Assembly: GCA_003971905.1 (NCBI GenBank)
Contig: RSEE01000017.1
Location: forward strand, 434,001-498,000
DNA length: 64,000 nucleotides
DNA from: Moniliella sp. 'wahieum'
Lineage: Eukaryota
Reading direction: 5' to 3'
The first letter of the stretch is position 1; each line of letters begins with the position of its first letter. The notes beneath the pieces are model-generated. The model was not told the DNA's origin. It made no database searches and saw only the letters and a program-made list of their open reading frames with translations. A program made the translations under genes and the position numbers. Shown here one piece after another: positions 1 through 12,939 of the stretch.

Positions 1-425
1 GAGCGAGTAGACAAACAGAAGCGACGAGGCACCAGCGGCACCACCCGAGGCAATGTTGGCACTGAGCTTCTTGACGTAGGGGGCATCCTTGGGCACCTTG
101 AACAGGGCCTTGAAGTAGTCCTTGAAGGCAAAGTTAAGAGCCTGGGTGGGGAAGTAACGGATGACGTTGGCCGTGTTGCCACGCCAGAAGGAGACAAGGC
201 CCTCCGACTTGTAGGTGCGAGTGAAGGTGTCGCCGAGACCGCTGTAGGGCGGTCAAGACGGCCTTGCTTGATCATCTCATCCTGGTTCTGGATGAGAAGC
301 TTGACACGCTCGATGGGGGCAGCCGCCGTCTTGGAGACAGCGGCCGAGATGCCACCCATCATAAAGTCGGTGAAGAAGGACGAGGCCGTCTTGGGCTTTT
401 GCGCGGGATCGACAACGGCACCCAT
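1..425 (-). CDS. AAC: Mitochondrial ADP/ATP carrier, 5' part (runs off the window start)
   Basis: Manual translation from ATG at 425: [61 protein letters not shown]...[28 protein letters not shown], the canonical AAC N-terminal repeat. One 1-nt deletion near 250. Missed by the ORF track. Confidence 0.96.
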   Translation of the reverse strand, partial: MGAVVDPAQKPKTASSFFTDFMMGGISAAVSKTAAAPIERVKLLIQNQDEMIKQGRLDRPTAVSATPSLAPTSRRALSPSGVATRPTSSVTSPPRLLTLPSRTTSRPCSRCPRMPPTSRSSVPTLPRVVPLVPRRFCLSTR

Positions 426-1655
426 GGTGAAGGAGGAGTTGTTGGTGGGAAAGAGAAGGAGCTGCTGCAGCTCCGTTCGTGCTTGTGCAGAGGGTAGATA
501 GCAGCAGCCCCGCAGCAACACAGGCGCGGCGCCGGGAAGGCTGCGCCGACGGGATGACAGCACGAGGGCAGTGAGGTGCATGCTGTTTGCCACGCAAGCT
601 GGCGCCGTGCGGGCGGGATTCCAGCTGTTGCTGTGCTGTCAAAGGTTTTTGAAATCAACGGCGGCATAGGGCGACCGGTGAGCGGTGGCCGCCACCCGTG
701 AAGCGATGACGATGCCGCGGGACGAGTGGCAGGCGGCGATAGCGCAACCATCGATAGCGCAAGCGCAGTGCAGCTTACGGCGCCGTGTTTGGGGCTACCG
801 GGTACCGGTTGCCGGCTGCCCGTTCCGTTACATGGGTTAGCACCTCCTCCTTGGAACCATAATATGCCAACTCGATGAAGCTCCGGTACCTCATGAATCA
901 TCCCGAGGCCTGAGGACCAAAGGCTCACCCGCATGGCGAAGAATGACGCCAGAGTACCATCAACAAACAGTTCATCTCGCACCAGAGTATTCTCACCACC
1001 TCGGCTGCTGCGCTTCCGTACGATCATCTCTCGACTGTACAGTTCCAAGCCCCCTTTGAAGGAACCATTTCGTGTGGCCTGAGCAGATGCACAGAGCGGG
1101 GATCGCTTTCCGACATGCGACGGCCCCTAAGGCCTAAGGCCTAATTGGCGTACGCGGTGGCTCCATCATGCATCACCGCACCCAGACAAGGCGAAAGCAG
1201 GTTGAAAAGACTAGTGGCCTCAAAAGCGACAAACGCATGCAGCAAAAGAACCCCCCCTGTATTGGTGACTGCTGATGACATAGGATCTAGGGAGAAGGGC
1301 CACACGACGGTGCAGGCGGAGGGCCTAAGCATAGTGCATGTCTTCATTACATGGATTTTGAGACCAACGATGACATATACCTTGCTGGAGTCGTTTGTAT
1401 TAGCGCCATCAAAACTACGGAGCATGGAGTCATGGGGTGATACACGCGGCGCAGGCGCCAACAGAATCGATTACGATTGCAACAAGGTGTGAGCATCCGT
1501 GGGGTAAACATGGAAGAAATCTGAGCCATGGCAAGAGAACGTTTCAGCCAAACGAAACATATCTTTTTGGTAGACCACCACGTCGCGGGGAGGGTGGAGG
1601 TCAAATGTGAGTGAGCGAAAAAAGGGAAATATGGGAAAATGATAGACTGCCCACA

Positions 1656-3712
1656 TTACTCCTTCTTCTCGGTGCTTTCGCTAGCCTGCTGCTGGCTCCG
1701 CGTTGCGCTTCTCGTAGATCTGCTTGAAGAGGCCGAGCGACGCCTGCTGGGTCTCGTTGATCTGTTCCCGCACCTGGTCCGGGGTGATGTCCGAGTCACC
1801 ATTTTGGGCCTTGGCTGCCAGCTCCTCCGTCTTCTTGATAAGCTCGTTGAGCTTGTCCTTCTCCTCCTGAGGCAGCTGGTCGGCGAACTCGCCAAGAGCC
1901 TTGGAGGTCTCGGCGCACACACCCTGGGCGCGGTTCGCCTCCTCGATCAACTCCTTGCGCGCCTTGTCGGCTTCGGCGTGCTTCTCGGCATCCTGAACCA
2001 TGTTCTCAATTTCAGAGTCCGACAGACCCGAAGAAGCAGCCACGGTAATGTTGGCGTCCTTGCCGGTAGCCTTGTCCTTGGCGCTGACGGAGAGGATACC
2101 GTCGGCGTCAATGTCAAAGGTCACCTCGATTTGAGGCACACCACGGGGCGCGGGCGGGAGCCCACCAAGGTTGAAGTTGCCCAGGAGCTTGTTGTCCTTG
2201 ACGAGTTCACGCTCGCCTTGGTACACCTGGATCTCCACCGCCGTCTGACCATCGGCGGCAGTCGAGAACGTCTGCGACTTCTTGGTCGGGATCGTGGTGT
2301 TGCGGTTGATCAGACGGGTGAAGACGCCACCAAGAGTGTTGATACCGAGCGACAGAGGGGTCACGTCGAGGAGGAGAATGTCGGTCACTTGGCCGGAAAG
2401 CACACCACCCTGGATCGAAGCGCCAATGGCAACAGCCTCGTCGGGGTTGACGCCCTTGCTCGGGTCACGCTTGAAAATGTCCTTGACGGTAGAAAGAACC
2501 TTGGGCATACGGCTCATACCACCGACCATGATGACGGCGTCAATGTCAGAAGGCTTGGCGCCAGCGTCGGCGAGGGCCTTCTTGCAAGGCTCGATGCGCT
2601 CGACCACTTGCCAACCAGCACCTCGAGTTGGGTGCGGGTGAGCTTCTGGTTGATGTGCTTGGGGCCACTGGCGTCGGCAGTAATGTAGGGAAGCGAGATC
2701 TCGGTCGACGGTGCCGACGAAAGCTCAATCTTGGCCTTCTCGGCAGCCTCGCGGATACGCTGGATGGCCATGCGGTCGCCCGACAGGTCAATGCCGACTC
2801 CTTCTGGAATTCCTGGACAAGGTGCTCAACAAGCACAATGTCAAAGTCCTCACCACCCAGGTGGGTGTCACCGTTGGTCGACTTGACCTCAAACACGCCG
2901 TTTTGCATCTCGAGAATCGACACGTCAAACGTACCGCCACCCAAGTCAAACACAGCAATCGTCGCCGCTTCGTTCTTGTCAAGACCGTAGGCGAGGGCAG
3001 CGGCAGTAGGTTCGTTAATCACACGCAGCACGTCGAGGCCGGCAATGGTACCAGCGTCCTTGGTGGCCTGACGCTGCGAGTCATTGAAGTAGGCAGGGAC
3101 AGTAATGACAGCGTGCTTGACGGGCTTGCCGAGGTAGGCAGCGGCAGTCTCCCGCAGCTTACCAACAACAAACGCACCAATTTGCTGGGGCGAGTAGTTC
3201 TGGCCGCGTACCTCGAGCCAGGCGTCGCCGTTGGAGTGGGCGACAATCTTGTAGGACGTTCTTAATGTCCTTCTGCACCTCGCGTCCTTGAACTTGCGGC
3301 CAATCAAACGCTTGGTGGCAAACAGAGTAGCCTCGGGGTTCACGACGGCCTGGCGCTTGGCGGGCACACCGACCAGGCGCTCGTTGTTCTTGGTAAAGGC
3401 AACGACCGAAGGCGTGGTACGGCCACCCTCCTCGTTCTCAATCACCCGGGCTTGCTGGCCTTCCATATGGAGACGCACGAGTTGGTAGCTGCATAGAAAC
3501 GGTTAATATCGGCAACAAAATGGGAGAACACGGGGGATACGCACTGCCAAGGTCGATACCAATGACGGGGCCGTTGACCTTGCTGCCCGTCGAGTTGAAG
3601 CGGACAGCGCCCATGCGGGCGGCGTTGAAGGCGGTGGCGGCCGGCCCGCCGAGCGAGAGGCGAGCAGGCGAGCCGAGGGGAGCGCAGCCTGGCGGAGCGT
3701 ACGGGCAAGCAT
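1656..3712 (-). CDS. SSC1: Mitochondrial Hsp70 chaperone
   Basis: Arg/Ala-rich presequence [21 protein letters not shown], then [14 protein letters not shown] across a GTGCGT...GCAG intron (~3489-3544), [65 protein letters not shown]. Several indel frameshifts. Stop at 1656 or 1681 depending on an indel. Confidence 0.96.
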
Positions 3713-4169
3713 GGCGGTGGTGGGGAGGGAGAAAGCGCAAGTTGCCGCTTCCAGTTTCCAGCTTCAGCTTCAATGAACTCCAAGCATGAACAGAAGGAAC
3801 AAGCGGAGGGAAAGAGTGGACACTGCTCCTGTGCTTCTGTGCGGGGTGCCACCGAAGGCAGCAGAACACACCAGACCCAGCGACACCGAATCAGGCACGG
3901 CGGCAGTCTCACGGACGCCCATTAGCCTGGCCATGCGTTGCCGCCATATTGTTCGGTGCAATCTGACATCGCTGCCATGACTGGCGGGGACTTTGCCGCT
4001 GCCAGGCGGGGGCGTTGGGCGGAATGTTGGTTCCGCCATCGGTGCAGGCAAGAGTACCTGGTGAATATTTTTTTTTTCGGCCGAGGTGGTCACGCAGGAG
4101 GCGAAAGCCACTCGCAAACAAGCGTTTGTGTATTGGGCCTCTGCCACCGTCAACTTGGGTTCCCCCATC

Positions 4170-5650
4170 ATGGTCGCTTCTTCGGTGCGCAAGTCAACTG
4201 GCGCCCGCCGCCAAGAGCGGCTCGCGCAAGACCAAGTCTTCTTGGCGCAAAAACATTGACCTCACTGAGGTCGAGGCCCAACTGGAAGCCTCTCGTGCCG
4301 CCGAAGGCGGTGGGGAGGCCATGTACTCCATCGACACCCAGGGTGACACCGGTCTTCGTCCCAAGGGGCCCCGCCCACTCAAGTCGCTCGAAATCCTGCA
4401 GAACAAGTCATCTGTTCCCGCTGTCACGCACCTGCGAGGTCGGAGAAACGTGGTGAGCTCAACGGACGATGCGGAGGCAGTAGCCCGTTTGCGCCGGGCG
4501 GGCGTGCCCGCCAAAAAAGTGCGCGACCGTCTGCGTCGTGCGGCGGGGGAAAGTCGTGACCGATGCCATGGGTGGGATCAACAAGGCGGACCAGGACAAG
4601 CTGCAGGATTACAGCGGGGTGGGCCAGGTGGCCAATCGGGACTTGTGGGCGGACGAAGAGGAGGGCCGAGTGAGCCTGCTCCAGCCAACTATGATCCCGA
4701 GTGGGTTAAGGACCCACGGGATAAGAAGCCCAAGCCTCCCAAGTCGCTTTCTGTCGCTATGGAAGACATGCGTTCGGCTTTGGGCAAGGCGCCTAAGGCG
4801 AATGCGGCCCACGAGCAAGTGGCTTTGGCGCGCAAGTTGGCTGCCGTGCCGCTGCCCCACCCCGGCATGTCGTACAACCCTGAGGCTGAGATCCACGAGG
4901 AACTCATGAAGAGAGCATTCGATGTCGAGATGGCGCAGCCCAAGAGGAGGACGCGAACGACAAGGTTCGCGCCCTGTGGGAAAGATGAGTGCGGCGGAGA
5001 AGGCGGATGTGCTCGCCAGCAATGGCGCCTCTGCTACTTCCTACCGCGGCATGCAGATTGATGTGCCCTCCGAGGCGTCCGAGTCTGAATCTGAAGCGGA
5101 GGCGGAATCTGATATGGATCATGAGGTGGCCCTGCTGCGGGAACAGCAGCGGCAAAAAGCCATCAACGGAAAACGCAAGACTACGGCTCAGCGTCACCGT
5201 CATGCTCGAGCGCGGGCTCAGATGCTGCGGCACTCGTCCTCCAAGGCGTACAACCGCTACATGTCGGAAATGCCAGGCAAATTGCGCGCGACACTTGCTT
5301 TGGATGCAGCATCGCGAGCACGTCTGCAGGCGGCCCAGCGCCGGCGCGACGCCAAGCTCGCAATTTTGACCAAGACGGGGATGAAGGGGCAAAAGGTTGG
5401 AGGCCAAAGGTTGTCTCTCACTATGGGGCAAGGGCACGAGAGTGTTCAGCTGCCTGAGCACCTGTCGGAAAACTTGCGCGCCATGAAGACAGAGGGCAAC
5501 CTCTTCCGTGAACGCTTCCAGTCGCTACAAACCCGTGCTCTTACCGAGCCCAAGCGGACGATTTCGGATCGTGAGGCCAAGAAGGCAAGGGACTCACGCA
5601 AGAACTCTTGGAAGGAGGTTGAGCGGTTTGCCTTCAAAAACTTCAAGTAA
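4170..5650 (+). CDS. NOP53: Ribosome biogenesis protein Nop53/GLTSCR2
   Basis: SRKTKSSWRKNID at the N-terminus, PHPGMSYNP..H..L, and C-terminal VQLPEHLSENLRAMKTEGNLFRERFQSLQTRALTEP...FKNFK*. These match Nop53 family motifs. Joined across frameshifts. Confidence 0.9.
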
Positions 5651-6068
5651 TCGTATCGGCATGTATCTTTCTGTCCACTTGCATTCATCTCATTTACAGA
5701 GGTTAAAGCTGGGACGAAGGGGCGCTGCGGTTAACCGTCCTTCTCATGCAGTGGGCCTTGTTCATGCACCGAACCAATTAGGAAACCTATAGAATCTGGC
5801 ACGTTTTGGCAATGGTACTATAGGTTGGGGTGTCGAAGAGCAAGCGATTGAGACAGGATTGGGCATCCAAACCAATTTACTAGGCCTCAACTAGGTCAGG
5901 AAGGGAAGAGGGACAGAAAAAAAGATGTGTCCGAAAGGAAATGTACATGCATCAGAAATAACGAGGGAACGGAGGGCGTCAAGTCCGTAACAGAGCCAGG
6001 GGGGATGACATTAAAAGAACCACAGATGAAAAGCCTTGCCACTAGAGGCACGAGGGGAGGAAACAGAA

Positions 6069-9000
6069 CTACTTGACCTCCAAATCGCCAAAGACGTGCT
6101 CCACGTGGGCCATTCGGCTGCAGCCTCTTCGTGAGCATTGAAGCGCACGGCACCCACCTTCTCGCGAGTGGTCCAATACGTGGGAACATCGCGCACCAGA
6201 CCGTCAGAAAGGCCATCAGGCTTGTCGCCTCCCTCTGTCGGGACAGTGCGAAGAGCGAGGGCATCGTAAGGCTCTTTGTGGGGCGCCCACAGAGTGTCTT
6301 TCGAGTCGGGATCGATGGTACGGGCAAACCAGCGTGGCTTGTGCTCGGGCAACTCTCCTGCCTCCCGCTTCCGCCGGGTTGCCCGTTGCAGCTCCTCAAG
6401 CTGAATCTTGAGCGTGTTGGCCTCTTCGAATCGGCCCGTCTCAAATGCGCGCAGATCAGGCCGCAGACGACAATCAGTGGGGGGCAACCAAAGATGAGCC
6501 CCTTGGGTAGGTCGTTTAATGTAATCGCAAACGGCGGCAAGTTCTGGAAAAATCGTCAGAACAGAAAAGAATAGAGCAAGGCAAGGAGGACAATAGGAGA
6601 GCACATACAAAGGGAGCTGGTGGCTTTTCACTGTTCTTCCACAGTAGAAGGTACTTGGCCTTTTCCTCGGGCTTAGTCCCAATGGGAGCTGAGTTTCGAA
6701 CCGCGTGGTCGGGGTTGAGTTCACCTTGATCCGTACCAATTCGCCGGGCAACCAGTTGAGAGTTCCACCTCCCAGCAATCTCCCAACGAAGGTTCCCTTG
6801 CGCATCGTACACGGCACCTTTGATACCATACGCGTCCTTGGAGCGCCATCCACGCTGCTTGAACGTGAGTACACACCGGTCGCCCGTTGCGTGGTTGGTC
6901 ACCTCCATATCGCCAAAGTGATCAATGGTAGTCTGCCCAATGAGGAAGCCACTGACACAGTGGTTACCTTGTTCCACGTATAGTGCTCAAAGTATTTGGG
7001 TGGCTCGTTGGCGATGAATCCGGGTTGCGGCTGGACGGAGGATAACTTGTCCTTGCTCCACGATGCCTCGGCCCACTCCCGTGGCACCTTGAGGTTAGCG
7101 TGCGCAACCCCCGTCGGGCGAATCTCGAACGTCCTACCCAGGAACTTGGACTTGGCGTCTACGCAGCCAAAGTACTGCCACCCAGGCGACTCGGCAAAGC
7201 AAGCTGAAATCGGCGGGTGATGAGAGACTTGTTCGCTCAAGTAGCGGTACTCCTTACTAGGAGAGATGTACTCGAACGTCTCCCCAACATGGGGTTGAAC
7301 GGTTTGGCGATCCGGCCAATGGTGGACGAGTAGTTGGACATGGCGAACGCCGCGACATATGCGATCCGCTTGGTTGAGTCTTCGGAGCGGACGCAGCGTC
7401 GAGACACTCACTGAATTCCATATCTTCCGCCATCCGTGGAGCATCGAGGTGGGTTCGTTGAATGAGACGGGGAAGGAGATCTTGGTCAAGTCCTTGCCAA
7501 TGTTGTTCTTTAGCACACCCCAGAGCGAGATGGAGGGCCGCACGTCTTGTCCAATGGGCATCTTGTGGCGAACGTGTTCGTATGGCTTAATTCCCTCCAT
7601 GTGGATCAGACCAGAGTCGATCTTCTGCAATTGCGACGGCGGTTCGGTGAGTTGAGACTCGACTGTCACATTCGTCAACGTGCCCCGCTCTACAGCATCG
7701 TAAAACTCATCCTCCGAGTCCGATGCCTCCTCGGTCTCAGCTTGCTGCATTGCCGAAGCCTGTGTCTGCAGGCCCTGCAATACCAACGACAGCGCGTGCG
7801 GGTTGAGCATCTGCATGCTCCAGAGAGGCTCTGGGCGTATCATGCGTACCCGCAGGAGTCGAAATGTCCTCAGACCTCGAGAGAGCACTAGAGGGGACCG
7901 GGGTACGGTTGGCAGCTGGTTGCGCAGCTCCCTGATTGTCCGGCGTTTTTGAGCAGTCATCCGTCAAGCGTGCAAGGTCCTGCTCCATACCCTCATACTG
8001 CTTCGCCAGAGCCTGAAGGTTGTCCTCCCACAACAGCTTGGCTGAAATCTCTTGCGTATAGCGGCGGCGGAGGTAGGCTTCCCTTCTCTCGACACCGACT
8101 GATATTGGGCCAGTAGGTCGACGATCGTAGCCAGGTCGTCCCGTAGAGCCAAACGAGTAGAGAGGGTATCAACAGGCCCACCATCCGACACCAATCCACC
8201 GTCCGAGTCGTGCAAGACTTCCGTTCCATTCGCACAGCGATCCACCATGAGCTCGGACAGGGCCTTGGCCAGCTCCGCCCGGGTGGTGAGCGCATTGGAT
8301 AGCAAGCTGTACTCGTTGTCCAATGGCAAGCCAGAAAGTACCTCCTTGGGTTACTTGTGGTGGACTTGCCATACATCGCCTGTCATGGTGCTCCCATGAT
8401 CCTCCTCACAGAGGAACGACCCATCATCCATCTCACCGTACGTGTGCGGAGACGTCCTGTCCGTACCCGTGTATGATACAGCAGAGTTTTCGTACTTCGA
8501 GGTAGGCGTAGCGGCCCGTGTCGCCTTGTCACCCTTGCCACCTTCGCCAGATACCGATGTAAGCGAGGTGACCGGAATAGGAGAGGAGATGCGGCTCGGG
8601 GGTTTGACCCGGCTGGTGATACTATTGGCCATACGGGACAAACGTTGCCCGTCGTTGAAGCCGGACGCTTGGGAAGAGGCACTGGGAACTTCCTGAAGCT
8701 TAGAGCCCCCATCTCCATCCACTAATGGCTGAGACGCCCCCCTGGCTGTAGGCAGCACAGGCGTTCGCGAACGATATTGAATCGACCAATCGTCTGCCCC
8801 GCTCGCCACCTGTGCAACCCGCGGCTTGGGAGCTACGATACGAGGGCTGGTGGCAGCCGCTGAGTTAGTGGTTGCCGAGGTGGGCGATGTGAAGGGATGC
8901 ATGCTGGACGATGCGGAACTTCACTGCGCTGGAAATGAGGGTTGGACATGGAAGTTGGGATGATACCAGTGCCCCGGAGGAGGATTCGTGATGATCGCGA

Positions 9001-10430
9001 AAGTAGGCTTGGGTCTGGAGCAAAAGCTCGACCCAACGGGCTCGTTCGGCCGGGTGGGACCCGCGGAGAAAAAGCTTGGAATCGACACGCCCTTCTTACC
9101 TGGCTCGGACAGAACTTCAAACCGCAACGCATCGGACGAGTCCGCCTTGATTGTGGCGTACTGAAGGTTAATCGAGCCGCGAACCTGGCGGCCTTGGTCC
9201 GATGGGGAATGGTAGTAGGACAAAATACCGTTCTCAAGCACAAACCAGCGGGGTTTGTACCGTTCCGCCATGTTGGTCCACTTTCCCAACCATCCCTTGA
9301 AAACAGGCGGTTTAACCCCCCGAGCGAGTTCCCAGTTTGGAGCAGGCCCGGGTTGGTGTTGCCCAGTGCCGCAGGAGGGCTCGGAGACGCTCATCCTTCG
9401 TGGCATCCAGGCATGGCCGACCGTTCCGATCGCCAGCAAAGACATCAGCCCCCTTTGTAGCTGCGAGCTCAATCATGGCCGTATCATTGTAGCGAACCGC
9501 CGCATGAAGTAAGGTGCCGCCCGTCTCTGGCGAGGGCGCGTTGAGATCAATTGCGCGATAGCGGTTGAGCAAGAGAGATCGGTCACCTGACGAGCACCGC
9601 GCTCGCGCGACTTCTCGTACGTGACGAGCGCACGGATATAGGAAGCGTTGAGCTCGGCACGCGACACTTGGAACAGACTTGCGATCGCAGGGTTGGCGGC
9701 GACCTCCATGGGCTCTTGGCCCTGAAAGTTGCGGATCAAATCGTCAATGTCTTTGCGTTCGAGCAGTTCTTTGATGGCGTCTGCGCGGCCGCAGATGCTG
9801 GCAAGGTGGAGAGGGGTGTTGCCATGCTGGATTTCGCGGGCGTTGACGTCGAGATCTTGGTACATCAGGATGCGTGCGATCGTGGAGGCCTCGGCACAAC
9901 GCATGGCAAGGTGGAGGGGCGAGGTGAGCTCGGTGACTTCGGGGGTGGGGGACGTGCTGGTGGAATCGGAAGAGGGGGATGCGATATTGGTACTGGTAGA
10001 ACTAGCGGTGCTGTTGCGTTTGCGGGTGCTGCGCGTAATTTTGCGCGCGCGGAGGAGGAAAGGTTCGAGGGCTTCGGGGTCGCCGGTGCGGAGAGCGTCG
10101 AGCAGCTTGAATGAGTAGAGTGTGTCGTTGACGCTTAGGCTCTGGGCGCGCGAAGGGGCAGCATCAGGCGCAGTGTCCTGCGGAGGGGCGGCGGCGGCAG
10201 GTGCAGATGCATCCGCCTCGACTGCCTGCGGGTGGTGGGGGACGCTGGTGCTGGGGTGGCTGTCGGCGATGGTGTCGAGCGTGCCCTGGCGGGTGGCGCG
10301 GCGGCGCATCTTGTTGTACATGGCAGATAGGGTGGTGGTGGAGGCGCGGGGGTGGTGGCGAGGGCGGCCCGGTGGAGAGGTGCTCGCGCGGGCGATGGGT
10401 GATGCTCGGCCCAGCGGCATCCATCGATGC
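6069..10430 (-). CDS. Oxysterol-binding protein homolog with ankyrin repeats, PH domain and ORD (Osh1/Osh2 type)
   Basis: Ankyrin repeats ([31 protein letters not shown]), PH ([29 protein letters not shown]), FFAT-like [12 protein letters not shown] signature [36 protein letters not shown]. Stop at 6069 (...HVFGDLEVK*). Start uncertain (10321-10549). Confidence 0.92.
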
Positions 10431-11510
10431 TGCTGGCTCTGCCGCCGTGGGTGGTGCATGCGCCGATGCGATGATGTCATCAGGCCATCCCCAATCCCCA
10501 GAGTGCAATCACGATCACTAACAATGCGCCTCACCCGTCGCAGCCCCACCCATGCCGTCGTGCCTGGCAGATTCCATTCAGCGCATCCAGCGCTTAGCGC
10601 TTAGACTCAGCCTCAGCCGCTCAGCCGCTCAGCCTGTGAGCTACCAGGGAGGCATCACCCAATCAACCACAGTCCAAAGCGTCTGCCGCGCACCGCACTG
10701 GCCTGCAGCCTAAGCGACCAGCATGCTCGATACTCCCACCTGCTCCTCCCCACGGCGTTGCACCTAGCGGTGACCGGTGACCGGTGACAGCCCCAGTGCC
10801 CTGGCACTAGCCCTGCCGCAGCACAGAGCATATGGCAGGCCTGGTGTCTGGGATCTGGCAGGCGGGGTTCGATGCAGGAGTTTTTTTCTTTTTCAAACAA
10901 AGGACAAGCGTTGCCTCCATGGACCGAATCTTGGCCAGTGTTTAGGTAGCGATTAGCCGATTAGCCCGGTCCGACCAGCGACCCTGTGGCCACGGACATC
11001 GTGCCTCGAGTAGCCCAAGCGCTAGTGTCTCGACGTCATTTCAACTTTCACCTTTCAATTCGACCAACGTTCGTTGAGCAACGTTGTGTGTTGAACTTTC
11101 AGTTGAACGTGATTGATACATTGTCTCCGAGTCCAAGCATGTCCAAGCCCACCAAAGCCAGGTGGCCAGTTCTAGTCGACGCAATCTCGCCATTCCCCCC
11201 TTGACATGAAAACTGGAGAGCTATTCGCCTAAGCCCAGCCCATTTGGCTTCACTAATCATTCAAGCCAAGTATGGAATGGAAACGCAAACGAGAAGGCTG
11301 AAACCGTCCATGTGGTACCGCAGGGGAAGGGAGGGTGTGGTCCTTGAGAGTTGTGCAGGGAAAAACAACAGGTCGAAAAATAGTCCGTCCCGATGCTAAC
11401 AGTGGCGGCAAGGTCAAAAGGCAAGAGGGTGTATAGGGTCAACAACAGGGGCGCGCGGGGCCATCCAGTGGTTGAGCTGTAAGAGTAACTAGAGCTGGAT
11501 CCCATGTTGC

Positions 11511-12160
11511 TCAAGCCTTTGGCGGTGCGCGTATCCTGGGGGATAGCCTTGAGGCGCACCATAAGGGCCTCCTGGCCTCCATATCCCCCAGCCCCGGCTA
11601 CAGGCGGGACAAAAGAGCCATCAGCATCGCCGCGCCACTGGCAGATGCCGCAGACCCAAATGTCGTGTGACTTGAATGGCTGCAAATAGAGTAAACCCAC
11701 TTGGTTTTAGCCCTCGCGCTTTTCAAAAGATGGGCAGGACGTACGATCAAAGGCCCCAGCAAAGAGAGAACCATCGACGGGGCGCGCGCCGAAACCACCT
11801 GGGCATTGTGGCAAGGGGCTGAACGTGAGAGAGAGAGGCATGTCAGTATGGCGCGCGCAAGGGCAGACGAATATGGGACAGGTAGTTGGAGGATGGGGAG
11901 GAGACGGACCAGACTACGAGCAGGCGGGGGGAAAAGAAGGGTTAGCAAAGGCAATGGAATGCTGGAAGAGGCCAACGTACCATGCGGCGTTGTGTCTGTC
12001 GTGAGGTGCTCGTCGCAGCCAAAAATGTCGGAATACCTGCCAACAAGAACGGCCAACAGGCAAGCGACATACATCATGCATCACAGCGTTAGTACGGCAT
12101 AAGTGCCTTCAGGAAGCTGGGAGAGGTCGTTCCTTGGTACGCACAGAAAAAGATGTCCAT
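11511..12160 (-). CDS. Small 5-exon zinc-ribbon protein with a Gly/Tyr/Pro-rich tail (zinc_ribbon_15-like fungal family)
   Basis: ATG at 12160 gives MDIFF, intron (GTGCGT..CTAAC..GCAG), CIP.FGCDEHLTTDTTP, intron, C..CHNAQVVSARA..WFSL, intron, PFKSHDIWVCGICQW, intron, GGPYGAPQGYPPGY. Two CxxC pairs. Exon boundaries approximate because of indels. Confidence 0.7.
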
Positions 12161-12530
12161 TTTGGTGGTTCTGGTGGTGGTTCTGGTGGTGGTGGAAAGA
12201 GTCTCGCAGTCTAACCAGAAAAACAACAGCGTGGCTGCGTTGGCAGCGACCATAGGATCGTCTACCACAGTGGGCGCGCACCAGTGGAATGGAGGGCGGT
12301 AGTGCAGTGCCGTCGGTGATTATCGAGATATCGACTGCTCGAAGTGGCTGTGTGGCTGTGCGGCGTAGCGAGTCGGAGAACACGAGGGCATTCGCTTGCT
12401 CGCTGCGCCGCACCACGCACTGGCCCTGTCTCCCATCGGCAAGCCTTCCATCTGGGAGCGCCCTCGGTCCAAGCAGCGTACATTGAACGTTCAACCATTG
12501 AACGCCCTTGCACGAGCATGCCCGCTTCTC

Positions 12531-12643
12531 ACGTGACCAGTGACTAGTGACCTGTCCGGGCGTGACGGTGACACGGTGACACGTGACGAGCGTGACTAGT
12601 GACTAGTGACTAGCTAGTGACTAGAGTGACTAGTGACTGACCA
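12531..12643. repeat. Degenerate tandem array of (AGTGACT) with CGTGACG/GTGAC variants
   Basis: Read directly: ...cgtgact agtgact agtgact agct agtgact ag agtgact agtgact ga; more than 10 GTGAC cores in about 110 bp. Confidence 0.9.
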
Positions 12644-12939
12644 GCATCCTCCTAGTCCAAACGCTCCCGCTGCCATCGACTCGGAGATGTCCAATCCACT
12701 CCATCTTTCCATCTGCGAGCTGCATGGGTTTGTAACAATACAGCCGTCGGTCCTGACATGTGACAGGGGTCCCACCACTAGATAATGCAGCCCCTCCAGG
12801 AATACACAATGAGCGAGATTCTTTCCGGGATCGTCCGCGTCCAGACGCATGGCACTGAACCAACGCCAACGACAAGAGGACAGTCCCGAGTCCAATGAAA
12901 TCGGAGGTGCGAGCGGGCTGGTGCCGGACGGCATGACCA

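Noticed and set aside
264..501. + strand ORFs at the window start
   Set aside because: Antisense shadow of the ADP/ATP carrier.
800..1640. Short ORFs between AAC and SSC1, and similarly at 23100-23700, 25500-25690 and 33750-34350
   Set aside because: No recognisable motifs, splice signals or consistent frame; cannot support a call without a homology search.
1639..3265. Long + strand ORFs (349 aa and 184 aa) opposite Hsp70
   Set aside because: Well-known antisense shadow ORF of Hsp70 genes with biased codon usage; no independent coding evidence.
12531..12643. CRISPR-like or telomeric interpretation of the heptamer arrays
   Set aside because: Eukaryotic context, 7-bp units without unique spacers, no cas genes, and units are palindromic with no G-strand bias.
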